Below are positions 47,760 through 60,719 of a stretch of 64,000 nucleotides of DNA, in pieces. The notes under the pieces are model-generated. The model saw only the letters and a list, made by a program, of their open reading frames with translations, did no database searches and was not told where the DNA came from. How positions within the stretch are numbered: position 1 is the first letter of the stretch; each line of letters begins with the position of its first letter. The translations under genes and the position numbers were made by a program. The stretch comes from an uncultured delta proteobacterium (lineage in GTDB: Bacteria > Myxococcota_A > UBA9160 > SMWR01): the NCBI GenBank assembly GCA_963832165.1, contig CAWHTE010000004.1:1-64000 (forward strand), in the 5' to 3' direction.

Positions 47760-48725
47760 TCAGCGGGTTCGCTTCATCCAATCCACGGTCAGCGCGACAC
47801 CCTGGGCGACGCTAAAGGGCAGCGGACCGCAGACGGCCTGCAGCGGTGCCATGTCGTAGATCATCGGGGTGAGCAGGTTCTCGAGCCGGAAGCTCGTGAG
47901 CGGCACGTCCTTCCAGCCGAGCATCGCCAGTCCGTCGCCGACGCGCGCGATCCCGCGCAACAGCCCCTGCGGAACGTCGCGGATCGGCCGCACGCCGAAC
48001 GCCTCGCGGATCATCTCACCCCAGGCGCGCACCTCGATCGGCTCGTAGTCCGCGATGTAGAAGAGCTGGCTCCGGATCGCCGCCGCGGGCGCCTGCATGA
48101 GCCGATCCAGCTGGTGAACCGTGTTGCCCACGAAGCCGAACGACTTCTGGATGCGCGCGCCCTTCGGGTGGATGTAGCGGCCATGGCGGACCATGTCGAA
48201 GAAGTCGCGGTAGGGCACGCCGAACCACGGGCCCCAGATCGAAGTCGGGCGCACGATCGTCCATTCGCAGGACATGCCGGCGCTGCGCACGCGCTGCTCG
48301 CCGATCACCTTGCTCTCACCATAGAGCGTGCTGGGCTGATAGTCGGTCGGGGATTTCGGGTGGTAGCCGATCCGGCAGACCAGGCGCGACGAGGCGAACA
48401 CGATCCGCTGCAGCGACGGGCACGACGCCGCCGCCTTGATCATGTTGTCGACGCCGTCCGTATTGGCGCTGTAGTCCGACAGCGTCGTTCCGTGCATGTC
48501 CGTGCGCGCGGCCAGGTGGTGGATGAACTGCGGCTGGAACTCGACGACCGCCGCACAGAGTGCCCCCGCGTCGGTGATGTCCACGTTGCGCCACAGCGGG
48601 CGATGCGCCTCGCAGCCCGGCGCGCGGATGTCGAGGTTGCACAGCTCGTGGCCGGCCCCGCGCAGCGACTCCACGAGATTGGTGCCGATGAAGCCGGACC
48701 CTCCCGTGACGAGGACCCTGCTCAT
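47760..48725 (-). CDS. NAD-dependent epimerase/dehydratase
   Basis: VTGGSGFIG, HLAA, YxxxK 'YGESK'. Confidence 0.9.
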   Translation of the reverse strand: MSRVLVTGGSGFIGTNLVESLRGAGHELCNLDIRAPGCEAHRPLWRNVDITDAGALCAAVVEFQPQFIHHLAARTDMHGTTLSDYSANTDGVDNMIKAAASCPSLQRIVFASSRLVCRIGYHPKSPTDYQPSTLYGESKVIGEQRVRSAGMSCEWTIVRPTSIWGPWFGVPYRDFFDMVRHGRYIHPKGARIQKSFGFVGNTVHQLDRLMQAPAAAIRSQLFYIADYEPIEVRAWGEMIREAFGVRPIRDVPQGLLRGIARVGDGLAMLGWKDVPLTSFRLENLLTPMIYDMAPLQAVCGPLPFSVAQGVALTVDWMKRTR

Positions 48726-49993
48726 GTCGCGAGGGCTTTCCAGCTCGCTTGCTCGCGTGCCGGCGTTCGGGCGACCGCGCGTTCCAGCACCTTCCCGTAG
48801 ACCTCGAGCAGCTCGCGCACGTGCGCTCCGGGACTCGGCGGGTCGCTCCAGAAGCGCTTGCGCGCCTCCTCTCCCATGCGAGCTGCGAGAGCGGGATCGT
48901 CGTAGAGCCGCCGCAGCGCCGCGGCGAGCTCCGCGACGTCGCCGGTCCGGAACAGCAGCCCGGTTTCGCCGTGCGACACGAAGTCGATCGCCGCGCAGTT
49001 GTCGGACACCACCGCGGGTACGCCCAACGCCGCGGCCTCCGCGACGACGAGTCCCTGCGTCTCGTACCAGAGCGAGGGCAGCACGAGTGCGCGGGCGCGC
49101 CGCATCTCTTCGGTGACACCGTCGCGGGTCAGATGGCCCGTGAAGCGCGCCGCCGGAAAACGCGTCTGCAGCTGCGTGCGGTCGAGCCCTTCACCCACGC
49201 AGACCGCGGGTACGCCGGCGCGCTCGCAGGCCTCCAGGAACACCGCCTGTCCCTTGGGCCGGAACAACCGCGCCACCATCAGGAAGGCCGGGGCGGCCGC
49301 TACGTCCGCGGCCGGACCTCTCGCCACCTCGATCGGATTGCGGACGTAGTGGACGTGCGCGTCGGCCGGCAGTCCGGGTCGCAGGATCCGCTCACTGAAC
49401 CGGGATACGACGATGAACTCGCGCAGACGGCCCGGCAGACCGCCAAACCCGTGCTGCACTCCCTGGCGCGCCACGCGGTAGAGCTTGTGCGAGTAGCTGC
49501 GCGAATCGCAGTGGGTCGAGATGCACGACATCGACATCGGCCGCCGCGTGCAGATCTCGCCGCGCTGGTGGTCGAAGAACATGCCGTTGGGGCACATCGA
49601 GAAGAACTCGTGCAGCGTGCAGACGAGCGGGAAGCCTGCGGAACGAACGGCCTGCACGACGCTGCTCGACAGCGACTTGGTCCAGCTGTGCAGATGCACG
49701 ACCGTGTCGTTCGGATCGCATTCGCGCAGGAGCTTCCGGAGCGCCCGCGCCGCGCGCCGATTCCAGAGGCCCTGTAGCGCCACCGCGGCGCTGTCCTGCC
49801 CGCGCAACAGATCGTCCTGTCCCGTGCACACCAATCGCGCGCGGCGCTCGCTGTGATCGTCCGGCCGCAGCGCATCGGCGACGAACAACGTGACGTCGAC
49901 GCCCTCGGCCGCGAGCGCTTCCGCGGACACGAGCGCTGCCACGTCGGCTCCGCCGTCGGGATACAGATGATCGTTGACGACGATGATCTTCAA
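48722..49993 (-). CDS. Glycosyltransferase family 4
   Basis: 'LVLPSLWYETQGLVVAEAAALGVPAVVS...GETGLLF'. Confidence 0.9.
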   Translation of the reverse strand: MKIIVVNDHLYPDGGADVAALVSAEALAAEGVDVTLFVADALRPDDHSERRARLVCTGQDDLLRGQDSAAVALQGLWNRRAARALRKLLRECDPNDTVVHLHSWTKSLSSSVVQAVRSAGFPLVCTLHEFFSMCPNGMFFDHQRGEICTRRPMSMSCISTHCDSRSYSHKLYRVARQGVQHGFGGLPGRLREFIVVSRFSERILRPGLPADAHVHYVRNPIEVARGPAADVAAAPAFLMVARLFRPKGQAVFLEACERAGVPAVCVGEGLDRTQLQTRFPAARFTGHLTRDGVTEEMRRARALVLPSLWYETQGLVVAEAAALGVPAVVSDNCAAIDFVSHGETGLLFRTGDVAELAAALRRLYDDPALAARMGEEARKRFWSDPPSPGAHVRELLEVYGKVLERAVARTPAREQASWKALAT

Positions 49994-50203
49994 GTCGAAG
50001 CCTCGCGCCGCGACCCGACCCGATGATCAGTGAAACGGATCCATTCCCGGTAATTGGACCGGGTAAGCGGCGGAACAAGTGTTTCACACTCCAAGCGGCA
50101 AGTGCTAGTCCAGCTCGCGAGAATTTCACGTCGAATGGTTCGCCGAGCGAATGGACCCGTTCGCCGGCCGAACCGTCAGGCGATCGACTGCGGGCTAGCG
50201 GCG

Positions 50204-50980
50204 TTAGTCCTGCGTTTCGGACTTCGGAAGCGCGTTGAGCGCCCAGTCGTAGTCGAAGTATTCGAGCCGTGCGCTGGCGGCGTGCGCGCGGAGCCAATCG
50301 CGATCGGCGCCCGGGGCATTATGGGTCACGAACGCGAGCACTCCGCCCAATGCCAAGAAATCTTCTTCGAACCAAGTGAAAATCTTGCTGAGACGGACCG
50401 TGTTCTCTGCCCGGTCTATGCGCATGCCTTTGCCCGTGTCGGCGATCCACTGGCGAACCGCGGCGTCGAGCTGGGCGTCGAGCCGGCCCGCGGCGAGCGG
50501 CTCGCGCGGCAGCGCCGGACACGAGGTGGACGCGCAGATCACGACCGCGTGCGTTCGCGGGTCACCGAGCGGGCGCACGATTTCGTGCTCGATCTCGTCC
50601 AGCGTGACGGCGCGGTCGCCGACCTGGCCGGCGGGTCGCTTCCAGACCGGTCGCAGGAGCGAGCCGATATCGCGGATGCTCTCGATCGGATAGTGGCGGG
50701 CCACGAGATCGATCGCGAGGATGTTGTAGGCGTTCACCCAGAATGCGATCTGCTGCTCGCGCGTGCGCGGCGCGGCGGGGTCGCTGCGGGCCAGGCTCTC
50801 GATCAGTCGCTTCCAGTCCGCGGACGCGCCGATCGCGGGATAGTCGACGCGCACGCGCGCGAGGTCGGCCACGGGTCGCGTGTGGCGCTGCAGCAGCGCC
50901 GCGTAGAGCGCCTCGTCGAACGCCGCCGCGGGCACCGCGAGTGTGAGCGCGAGCAGAGCGGCAGCGATCGGAAGCGGCAT
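50204..50980 (-). CDS. DUF547 domain secreted protein
   Basis: 'AFWVNAYN', 'TLDEIEHEI', 'DPRTHAVVICASTSCP', 'LSKIFTWFEEDF', 'YDWALN'; ATG 50980. Confidence 0.9.
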   Translation of the reverse strand: MPLPIAAALLALTLAVPAAAFDEALYAALLQRHTRPVADLARVRVDYPAIGASADWKRLIESLARSDPAAPRTREQQIAFWVNAYNILAIDLVARHYPIESIRDIGSLLRPVWKRPAGQVGDRAVTLDEIEHEIVRPLGDPRTHAVVICASTSCPALPREPLAAGRLDAQLDAAVRQWIADTGKGMRIDRAENTVRLSKIFTWFEEDFLALGGVLAFVTHNAPGADRDWLRAHAASARLEYFDYDWALNALPKSETQD

Positions 50981-50988
50981 GGTGCTCC

Positions 50989-52125
50989 CTACTTGAGCTG
51001 GCTGTGGTGCTGGAGCGTTTCGATCGCGTGCGCGGCCTGCGCGCGCTCCGCTTCGAGGAAGCGCTCGACCGCGCGCGCGAGCCGCCGATCGGCCAGGTAG
51101 TGGAGGCTGTAGGTCGGCTGCGCGTCGAATCCGCGCAGGAACTTGTAGTCGCCACCCGCGCCGGGCTCGAAGCGCGCGATGCCCGCCTCGATGCAGTGCT
51201 CGATCGCCGCGTAGTAGCAGACGTCGAAGTGGAGATGGCGAATCGGCTCGAGGGCGCCCCAGTAGCGGCCGTAGAGCGCAGTGCCCTTCACGACGTTGGT
51301 GGTGCCCGCCACGATCTCGCCATCGCGCCGAGCGACCACGAAACACAGCCGATGTCGAAAGCGCTCGCGCAGCAGGTCGAAGAACGCGCGGTTCAGGTAG
51401 CGGCGCCCGTAGTAGTGCGCGTCGACCGTGGCGCGGTAGCAGCGGTACATCGGCTCGAACACGGCGTCCGAGATCGCATCGCCGCGCAGCACCTCGGTCT
51501 TCACGCCCTGCTCGAGGACGCCGCGCCGCTCGCGCTTGACCTGATTGCGGCGCTTGTGGCGCAGCCGTCCGAGGTAGTCGTCGAACGTCGCGTAGTCCGC
51601 ATTGTGCCAGTGGTATTGGAGCCCGACGCGCAGCAGGTAATCCGCGCCTGCGAGCGCGTCGCGCTCATCGGGCAGGCAGAAGTTCACGTGCGCGCCCGAG
51701 ATCTCGTGGCGATCGCACAGCTCGCGCAGTCCCGCGCCGAGCTGCGCGATCGCGAGGGCGCGGTCGGTTCCGGGCGCGGTCAGGAAGCGCGCGCCGGTCA
51801 CGGGCGTGAACGGGACCCCGACCAGGAGCTTCGGGTAGTAGGCGATGCCCGCGCGCTGGGCCGCATCGGCCCAGCCCCAATCGAATACGAACTCGCCCTC
51901 GCTGTGGTGTTTCTCGTAGAGCGGGCACGCGGCGATGACCCGACCGCGCTCGCGGATCACGAGCGGCCGCGGCAGCCAGCCCGTGCGCTCCCCGACGCAG
52001 CCGGCCTCCTCGAGCGAGGCGAGCCACTCCCATTCCAGGAATGGGGACTCCTCCGCGACGAGTGCATTCCACTCGTCGCGCGGGACGTGCGCCACGCCCT
52101 CGAGCAACTCGATCTTCGCGCTCAC
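50989..52125 (-). CDS. GNAT/FemAB-like acyltransferase (DUF482)
   Basis: 'PLYEKHHSEGEFVFDWGWA', 'YYPKL..VPFTPVTG', 'LYGRYWG', 'LHFDVCYY', 'FEPGAGG'. Confidence 0.9.
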   Translation of the reverse strand: MSAKIELLEGVAHVPRDEWNALVAEESPFLEWEWLASLEEAGCVGERTGWLPRPLVIRERGRVIAACPLYEKHHSEGEFVFDWGWADAAQRAGIAYYPKLLVGVPFTPVTGARFLTAPGTDRALAIAQLGAGLRELCDRHEISGAHVNFCLPDERDALAGADYLLRVGLQYHWHNADYATFDDYLGRLRHKRRNQVKRERRGVLEQGVKTEVLRGDAISDAVFEPMYRCYRATVDAHYYGRRYLNRAFFDLLRERFRHRLCFVVARRDGEIVAGTTNVVKGTALYGRYWGALEPIRHLHFDVCYYAAIEHCIEAGIARFEPGAGGDYKFLRGFDAQPTYSLHYLADRRLARAVERFLEAERAQAAHAIETLQHHSQLK

Positions 52126-52197
52126 GGGCCCATTCTAAGGGAGGGAGCACCCGCGAAGCAGGGAAGGGGCCCGCAGGCCCCGCGCTATGTTGAGGGC

Positions 52198-52562
52198 ATG
52201 CCGAACGATCCGGGACGCCCGGGGGGTCCGCCGGTCGGCCCGCCGGCCGGCCCGCGCCGCGCCGACCCGCGCCGCGAGGGCGAGGTCCTGACCGCGACGC
52301 GCCGCAAGGTGGCGCGTCCGCCAAAGTACAAAGTGCTGCTCTACAACGACGATTACACGCCGATGGAGTTCGTCGTGGCGATTCTCGAGAACCTGTTCGG
52401 GAAAGGACCGACGGAGGCCACGCAGATCATGCTCGCGATCCACCACACCGGGCTCGGCGTCGCGGGCGTCTATGTGCAGGACGTCGCGGAAACCAAGGTA
52501 GCGGCCGTGCACTCGGCGGCCGAACAGCGAGGCTACCCGCTGCGCGCGGGTGCGGAGAAGGA

Positions 52563-52566
<4 letters not shown>
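52198..52566 (+). CDS. clpS: ATP-dependent Clp protease adaptor ClpS
   Basis: 'PPKYKVLLYNDDYTPMEFVV...AETKV...YPLR'; overlaps the clpA start. Confidence 0.95.
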
Positions 52567-54869
<2,303 letters not shown>

Positions 54870-54898
54870 GTACCGGACGCGCTCGAAATCGCGCGCGA

Positions 54899-55513
54899 CT
54901 AGCGCACCAGCGTCCGCAGGAGCCAGCGCTCGAGCGTCTCGTACGGCAGCGCGCCTACGATCGCGAAGTCGTCCTGTGCGCGGCGCAGTGCGGGCACGCC
55001 GGTCGCGCCTTCCTCGTGCGCCCGCTCGTGGTCGGCATGGACGCGCGCGACCAGATCCCCATTGCGCAGTGACGGGAACGAATCGGCTGCGAGTCCGGCC
55101 GCGCTCCAGATCTCGCGCAGCACCGCTTCGCAGCTGATGTCGCGGCTCTCGGCGAAGTAGGCGGAAAACATCCGGCGCTGCAGCGCGCGGTACGCGGCGT
55201 CGCCGAGGTCCAGCGCGGCCTTCGAGGCGACTTGCGCGGGCAGGCTGTGGGACGGCGGAGCGTCGCGACCCGTCCAGGCGTGGAACTCGGGCGCGTCGGG
55301 CTCGGCCGCGATGCGCAGCCAGCCGTGTGTGTAGGCGCGAAACTTCTCGGGATCCCGCGGCTCGCTCGGCGGCTCCGCGCGCAGCAGGTAGCTGCGCCAC
55401 TCGAACTCGACCTCCCCCGGATGCTCCGCCTCGAGCCGCCACAATCGTGCGGAGCCCAGATAGCACCACGGGCAGAGCCAATCCGAATAGACGACGAAGC
55501 GAACCGGGGCCAC
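54899..55513 (-). CDS. DsbA/FrnE-family thioredoxin-fold protein
   Basis: 'VYSDWLCPWCYLG', 'GATGVP'. Confidence 0.85.
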   Translation of the reverse strand: MAPVRFVVYSDWLCPWCYLGSARLWRLEAEHPGEVEFEWRSYLLRAEPPSEPRDPEKFRAYTHGWLRIAAEPDAPEFHAWTGRDAPPSHSLPAQVASKAALDLGDAAYRALQRRMFSAYFAESRDISCEAVLREIWSAAGLAADSFPSLRNGDLVARVHADHERAHEEGATGVPALRRAQDDFAIVGALPYETLERWLLRTLVR

Positions 55514-55525
55514 GGGCGCGATCCG

Positions 55526-55951
55526 CTAGTGGTCTGCGATCGCGCCGCGCGCGACGAGATCGGCGCGGAGCTGCTCGACCCGGGCGCGGTTCACGCCGAA
55601 GTCCGAGTAGCCGATTCGCGACGCCGAGCGCACCGCGACGATCCCGTGCTCGGCCTTCTTCGCGCGCAGGTGCAGCTCGAGATCGTCGACGAAGCCGAAC
55701 AGGGCGCTGTGACACTCGGCGTGGATGTAGTCTTCAGTGCGCCTCACGATGCGGGTGCGCGGCAGCGCCGACACCGCCTCGCGCATCACCTTCCAGGCGT
55801 CGGCGGCCGGTATCGCGAGCGTGAACGGAGCGACGCGATGGTCGTCCTCGGCGGCGTCGCTGCACACGCAGTTGGGGGAGAAGGGGCAATCGACGAGGCG
55901 ACCGCCGACCACTCCGGCCTTGTGCCGCTTTCCTTTCGAAAAGATGACCAT
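55526..55951 (-). CDS. DUF1499 family protein
   Basis: 'CPFSPNCVCS', 'FGFVDDLE', 'VRSASRIGYSDFGVNRARVE'. Confidence 0.88.
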   Translation of the reverse strand: MVIFSKGKRHKAGVVGGRLVDCPFSPNCVCSDAAEDDHRVAPFTLAIPAADAWKVMREAVSALPRTRIVRRTEDYIHAECHSALFGFVDDLELHLRAKKAEHGIVAVRSASRIGYSDFGVNRARVEQLRADLVARGAIADH

Positions 55952-56058
55952 CGCTCTGCCTTCTGCGACCCACCCCATTCTACGCCTCGCATGCCGATCC
56001 CCGCAGCGTACGGACCGGCCCTTGAATCCAGCAGCGGGGGCGTGTTGAATGAGATCCG

Positions 56059-57037
56059 ATGCCTTCGCAGGGCGGCGACGACGAGATCCGGCTCGAGATC
56101 CAGCGCCTTCGCAGCGAGATCGCCCAGCTCGAGAGCGCCGAGCGCGCCTACCGCGAGATCGTCAATCGCTCGAACGCGATCGTGCTGCGCTGGGATCCCC
56201 AGGGCCGCATCCTCTTCATGAACGACTTCGGCCAGCGCCTGTTCGGCTACCCGGAGGAGGAGCTCGTCGGCCGCTCGGTGCTCGACCTGATCGTGCCGGA
56301 CACCGAGTCGTCGGGGCGCGACCTCGTCGCGATGATCCACGACATCCTCCTCCATCCCGAGCGCTATGAGCACAACGAGAACGAGAACGTGGCGCGTGAC
56401 GGCAGTCGCCTCTGGATCACGTGGCGCAACACGGCGATCGTCGACTCGAAGGGACGGCTCGTGGAGGATCCTCTCGACCGGCGTCGATACGACCGACCGG
56501 AAGCGCGCCGAAGACGCGCTGCGCGCGAACGAGGAGCGCTTTCGCGAGCTCGCCGTGCACGACGATCTCACCGGTCTCTACAACACCCGCTACCTCTATC
56601 AGGCGCTCCAGGAGCTGATCGCGGCGAGCGCCACGGCGCGCGAGGTGTTCTCGATCCTGTTCATCGACCTCGACCACTTCAAGCGGCTGGTCGATTCGCG
56701 CGGACACTTGAATGGGAGCCGCGCGATCCAGGAGGTGGCCGAGAGCATCCGGAGCTGCCTCGATCGCCCGGCGTGGGCGGTCGCCTATGCCGGCGACGAG
56801 TTCGTCGTCGTGCTTCCGGGCTTCGTGCGCGCCGCGGCGCACGAGAAGGCGCGGCAGATCCAGGTGTGCATCCGCGAGACGCACTACCTCGGCTCGACCG
56901 GACAGCCGGAGCGCCTCGCGGCGAGCTTCGGCGTCGCGACCTATCCCGACGACGCATCCGATCTCGAGAAGCTGCTCGCGCTCGGAGATCAGGCCTTGTT
57001 CTCGGTCAAGAACTCCGGCCGCGACGGCATCGCGTAG
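56059..57037 (+). CDS. PAS-domain diguanylate cyclase (AGDEF variant), frameshift near 56466
   Basis: PAS domain in ORF 56059; removing one G in 'gtggaggatc' gives VEILSTGVD and joins 'HDDLTGLYN...DLDHFK...AGDEF...ASFGVA' of ORF 56366..57037. Confidence 0.85.
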
Positions 57038-57161
57038 TACGCTCGTTAGGCCGAGACGCGCGGCGCTGCTGGATCGACGGCGAGAGGCCGTTCGGGAGAC
57101 TAACGACCCGCCGATCGAATACCGTTTGCGGAGTCGTCGCGCGGCGGTTCATGATGACGCC

Positions 57162-58772
57162 ATGACGGCAAACCACCGGCGCGTGGTGGGCTTCGTGTGG
57201 CTGGTTGCACTGATCCTGGGATTCGCCGCGTCGCCCGCGTGGGCGGAGCCGACCTGCGGACCGGAGGTGGTCCCCGGTGGAGACTGGCCCGTCCACGGTC
57301 GCGATGCGATGAACAGCCGGCACCAGGAGGCCGAGGATCAGATCGGGCCTCTGCAGGCGATCACGCTGCAACCGGCGTGGACGTATCGCACCGGTGAAGG
57401 TCTCGGCAACCTTCCGATCGGCGACCTGAACGCCACTCCGATCATCGCTCACGGCTGTCTGTACCTCGTCGCCAGCACCGGGGCCGTGATCGCGCTGAAT
57501 GCCGACACCGGGGAGGTCGTGTGGCGGCAGCAGATCGACCTGACGACGCCCGGCCCGGACGGCAACCTGATCAGCTCGCCCGTGGTGACCGATGGCAAGC
57601 TCGTCGCGATCGTGAATCGGCTCGATGCACCCTACCTGGCTGCATTCGACGCGCGCTCGGGCGCGCCGCTCTGGTCGAGCGATCCGCTTCACGAGCAGGT
57701 CGGCTTCTACAGCCACGCCACACCGGTCGTCTACCGGAACGTGATCGTCGCCGGATTCTCGCCGAGAGAAGCCGATCCCGACGGGCGCGGGGGCGTGACG
57801 CTGGTCGACCTCGCCACGGGCGCGATTCTGAAGAAGACCTTCAGCATTCCCGACGAAGACTTCGCGACCGGGTTCGCGGGCGGCGGCGTGTGGACCGCAC
57901 CCGCGATTGACGAGGTCGGCGGTTACGCCTACTACGGCACGAGCAACCCCTACAACAAGACCAACACGGAGCACGAGGGAACCAACGCGATCCTGAAGAT
58001 CGATCTGAACCCGGGACCGGGGTTCGGAGCGATCGTCGGCAGCTTGAAGGGGAACGTCGACCAGGTTCTGGAGGTGGTGCAGACCGTGGCGGGGCCCACC
58101 TGCATGCTGCTCGGCGCCGATCCCGCGCTGCAGTTTCCGGACAGCATCCCGTGCCTGCAGGTCGATCTCGATTTCGGCGCGCCGCCCAACCTATTTCGCG
58201 ACGCCAACGGCGTCCTGCTGATCGGCGACCTGCAGAAATCCGGCGTGTACCACGTGGGAAACGCCGAGACGATGGCGCCGGCCTGGCAGACGTTGGTGGG
58301 CCTCCCGTGCACGTTCTGCAATGCGGCGGCGACCGCGTGGGACCGCAGCGGCAGGCTGTTTTCGGAGAGCACACCCGGCGGGCTGATGGTCGGGCTCAAT
58401 GCGACGGGCGGAGCGGTGTCGTGGGTCTCTCCAGTGCTCGACCTGATCCACTACCAGGCGGTGAGCTCGGCGAATGGAGTCGTCTACACGGTCGACTCGC
58501 TGGGCTTCTTCGACGCGTTCGAAGCCAGCACCGGCCTGCCGCTCGTTCGACGCCTGATGGCGCTCGATACCGGGTTTCCGGCGTTAGGCCTCAGCAGCAG
58601 CGGAGTCGCCATCGCACGGCACACCGTGTATGCGGCGCTCGGAGATGCGGTCGTCGCCTATCGAGCCCCGGAGCCGCAGCCGACGCCAGAGCCCGCCGGC
58701 CCGTTGCCTCCGATCATCGCGGGCCTCGCGGTCGTGCTCCTGCACCGGCGGAGGCGATCGTCGCGGGCCTGA
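57162..58772 (+). CDS. PQQ-binding-like beta-propeller protein (PVA-dehydrogenase-like) with PEP-CTERM-like tail
   Basis: Signal peptide; 'DWPVHGRD..NSR', 'ALNADTGEVVW', 'GGGVWTAPAID', 'DLDFGAPPNLF', 'QKSGVYH'; tail TPEP-hydrophobic-RRRR. Confidence 0.8.
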   Translation: MTANHRRVVGFVWLVALILGFAASPAWAEPTCGPEVVPGGDWPVHGRDAMNSRHQEAEDQIGPLQAITLQPAWTYRTGEGLGNLPIGDLNATPIIAHGCLYLVASTGAVIALNADTGEVVWRQQIDLTTPGPDGNLISSPVVTDGKLVAIVNRLDAPYLAAFDARSGAPLWSSDPLHEQVGFYSHATPVVYRNVIVAGFSPREADPDGRGGVTLVDLATGAILKKTFSIPDEDFATGFAGGGVWTAPAIDEVGGYAYYGTSNPYNKTNTEHEGTNAILKIDLNPGPGFGAIVGSLKGNVDQVLEVVQTVAGPTCMLLGADPALQFPDSIPCLQVDLDFGAPPNLFRDANGVLLIGDLQKSGVYHVGNAETMAPAWQTLVGLPCTFCNAAATAWDRSGRLFSESTPGGLMVGLNATGGAVSWVSPVLDLIHYQAVSSANGVVYTVDSLGFFDAFEASTGLPLVRRLMALDTGFPALGLSSSGVAIARHTVYAALGDAVVAYRAPEPQPTPEPAGPLPPIIAGLAVVLLHRRRRSSRA

Positions 58773-58871
58773 CCGTAGCGTGGGACGGCGCTGGCGAGCG
58801 GCACCGATCGGAGTAACGTCGAGCGCAGTCAGCGACCGGGGCATCCGCGGGAGCTCCGAGGAGGTGGTGCG

Positions 58872-59189
58872 GTGAGTTTCTTTGGTCAGAAGTGCGCGCG
58901 CTGCGGCCAGCGCCGAACCCGACGCGAGTACGAGGGCCTGCCTACCTGCGAAACCTGTGAGAAGTCGATCCAGGCCAAGATGCAGGCGGCGAAGGAGCAG
59001 AGCCGCCAGTGTCCGCTCGACGGTGCCGACATGGCCAAGGAGATCGTGCTGAACCTGATCATCGACCGCTGTCCGTCCTGTCGCGGCGTCTGGCTGGACG
59101 GCGGCGAGCTCGAGGAGATGCGCGGAGCGATCGAAGCCGGGCTCGCGCAGCAGATCATGCGCGGCATGACGTTGGCGCCGCACATCTGA
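58872..59189 (+). CDS. zf-TFIIB-type zinc ribbon protein
   Basis: Several Cys motifs; 'CPLDGADM...IDRCPSCRGVWLDGGELE'. Confidence 0.85.
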   Translation: MSFFGQKCARCGQRRTRREYEGLPTCETCEKSIQAKMQAAKEQSRQCPLDGADMAKEIVLNLIIDRCPSCRGVWLDGGELEEMRGAIEAGLAQQIMRGMTLAPHI

Positions 59190-59217
59190 CCGCCGCTCGC
59201 GAGAGCCACCGTCACGC

Positions 59218-60714
59218 TCAATCGCGGGGGAGGTGCCTCACCGCCCAGCGCCCGCGTCGGAACGACACCGCGAGCCAGATCGCGCGCGCGATGTGATCGC
59301 CCAGGATCACGAGCCAGATCCAGAGCACGGGCGCGTGGAACACGAGCGCGAACACGAACGCGGGCGGCACGCGCAGCACCCAGTTGCCGACCGCCGCGGC
59401 GACGAATGGAGTGAAGGTGTCGCCCGCGCCGCGATGCGCGCCGCCGAGCGCGAAGTGTGACTGGAGCGCGGGCTGCACGAGCGCGAGGATGATCATGAAC
59501 GGCACGATCTGGTCGATCAGCGCCTCGTCGTGCGTGAACAGGCCCGCGAGGAAGCGCGGCATTGCCGCGCACGCGCCGCCGAGCACGATCGACACCCCGA
59601 TCGCGAGGTTGTTCGCGCGCCAGCCCGACCGGATCGCCGCTTCGCGCCGCCCTGCGCCGAGCGCCTGACCCACGAGCGTCGAGGCCGCGGTGCCGAACGC
59701 GACGCCCGGAATCCACGTGAACGCGAGCAGCCTCACGCCCACTGTGTAGGCGGCGATCGCGACGCTGCCGTATTCCGAGAGCACGCGGAAGTAGGCGAGC
59801 AGCGCGAGGTTGTTCGCGAGGCGCTCTCCGATTCCCGGCACCGTCAACCGCACGACGTCGCGCACGAGCGGCCGCGCGGCCACGAAGTCGCGCAGGCGCA
59901 GCGCGAGCGGCGACCCCTCGCTCGAGCGCACCACCACGGTTGCGAACAAGAGCAGACCGATCACCTGCGACAGCAACGTGGCGAGCCCGGCTCCGACGAG
60001 CTCGAGGCGCGGGAATGGGCCGACCCCGAAGATGAACACCGAGTTGCCTGCGATCTTCACCACCGTGACCACCGAGGCGATCAGCATCGGCGTGCGGGTG
60101 TCGCGGTCGGCGCGAAGCGCGAACTCGAGCGTCATGCCCACCGCGAGCAGGAGCGACGAGCCGACCACGAGCTGCAGGTACGGAATCGCGGCGCTCGCCA
60201 CGGCGGGCTCGGCGCCGAGCATCGAGAGCATCGGCCGCGGGGCGGCGAGCAGCGCGCCCGTCAGCACCGCCGCGGTTCCCACCGAGACCATGAGCGCGGC
60301 TGCGAGCGCATGGCGAGCGCGCACGGGATCGCGCGCGCCGATCGCGTGCGCCATCAGCGCCACGGTCGCGAAGCCGACCGCGTACAGCACCGACTGGGAG
60401 AGGTGGAGAAACTGCGTCGCGTAGCCGACCGCGGCCACCGACTCCGAACCGAGCCGGCCGACCATCGCGATGTCGATCAGCCCGACCGCGGTGAGCAGCA
60501 CCTGCGAGAGCATCACGGGCCACGACAGCGCCCAGATCTCGCGCACGGAATCGCTAGACGCGCGCGATTCGGCGCGCGATACGGCGCGATCGCGCGCGGA
60601 CGGTGCCGCGGCCGAGGCGAGCGAGGCGGACGGATCGGTGCCCTCGAAATCGACCGAGGGGTCGACATCCGAGGCGGTGGCTTCGGGCGCCTCTCCCCGC
60701 GCGGCCCGGCTCAC
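59218..60714 (-). CDS. MATE family efflux transporter
   Basis: 'LSWPVML...DIAMVGRLG', 'DTRTPM', 'STLVGQALGAG', 'RGAGDT'. Confidence 0.92.
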   Translation of the reverse strand: MSRAARGEAPEATASDVDPSVDFEGTDPSASLASAAAPSARDRAVSRAESRASSDSVREIWALSWPVMLSQVLLTAVGLIDIAMVGRLGSESVAAVGYATQFLHLSQSVLYAVGFATVALMAHAIGARDPVRARHALAAALMVSVGTAAVLTGALLAAPRPMLSMLGAEPAVASAAIPYLQLVVGSSLLLAVGMTLEFALRADRDTRTPMLIASVVTVVKIAGNSVFIFGVGPFPRLELVGAGLATLLSQVIGLLLFATVVVRSSEGSPLALRLRDFVAARPLVRDVVRLTVPGIGERLANNLALLAYFRVLSEYGSVAIAAYTVGVRLLAFTWIPGVAFGTAASTLVGQALGAGRREAAIRSGWRANNLAIGVSIVLGGACAAMPRFLAGLFTHDEALIDQIVPFMIILALVQPALQSHFALGGAHRGAGDTFTPFVAAAVGNWVLRVPPAFVFALVFHAPVLWIWLVILGDHIARAIWLAVSFRRGRWAVRHLPRD

Positions 60715-60719
60715 GTGGG

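Noticed and set aside
49994..50203. Less GC-rich spacer upstream of the glycosyltransferase as an ncRNA or ops element
   Set aside because: Only a short hairpin is present, with no ops/JUMPstart consensus or recognisable RNA family; probably a promoter region.
56770..56810. Degenerate AGDEF motif as a novel cyclase specificity
   Set aside because: AGDEF variants are known; nothing else in the sequence supports altered chemistry.
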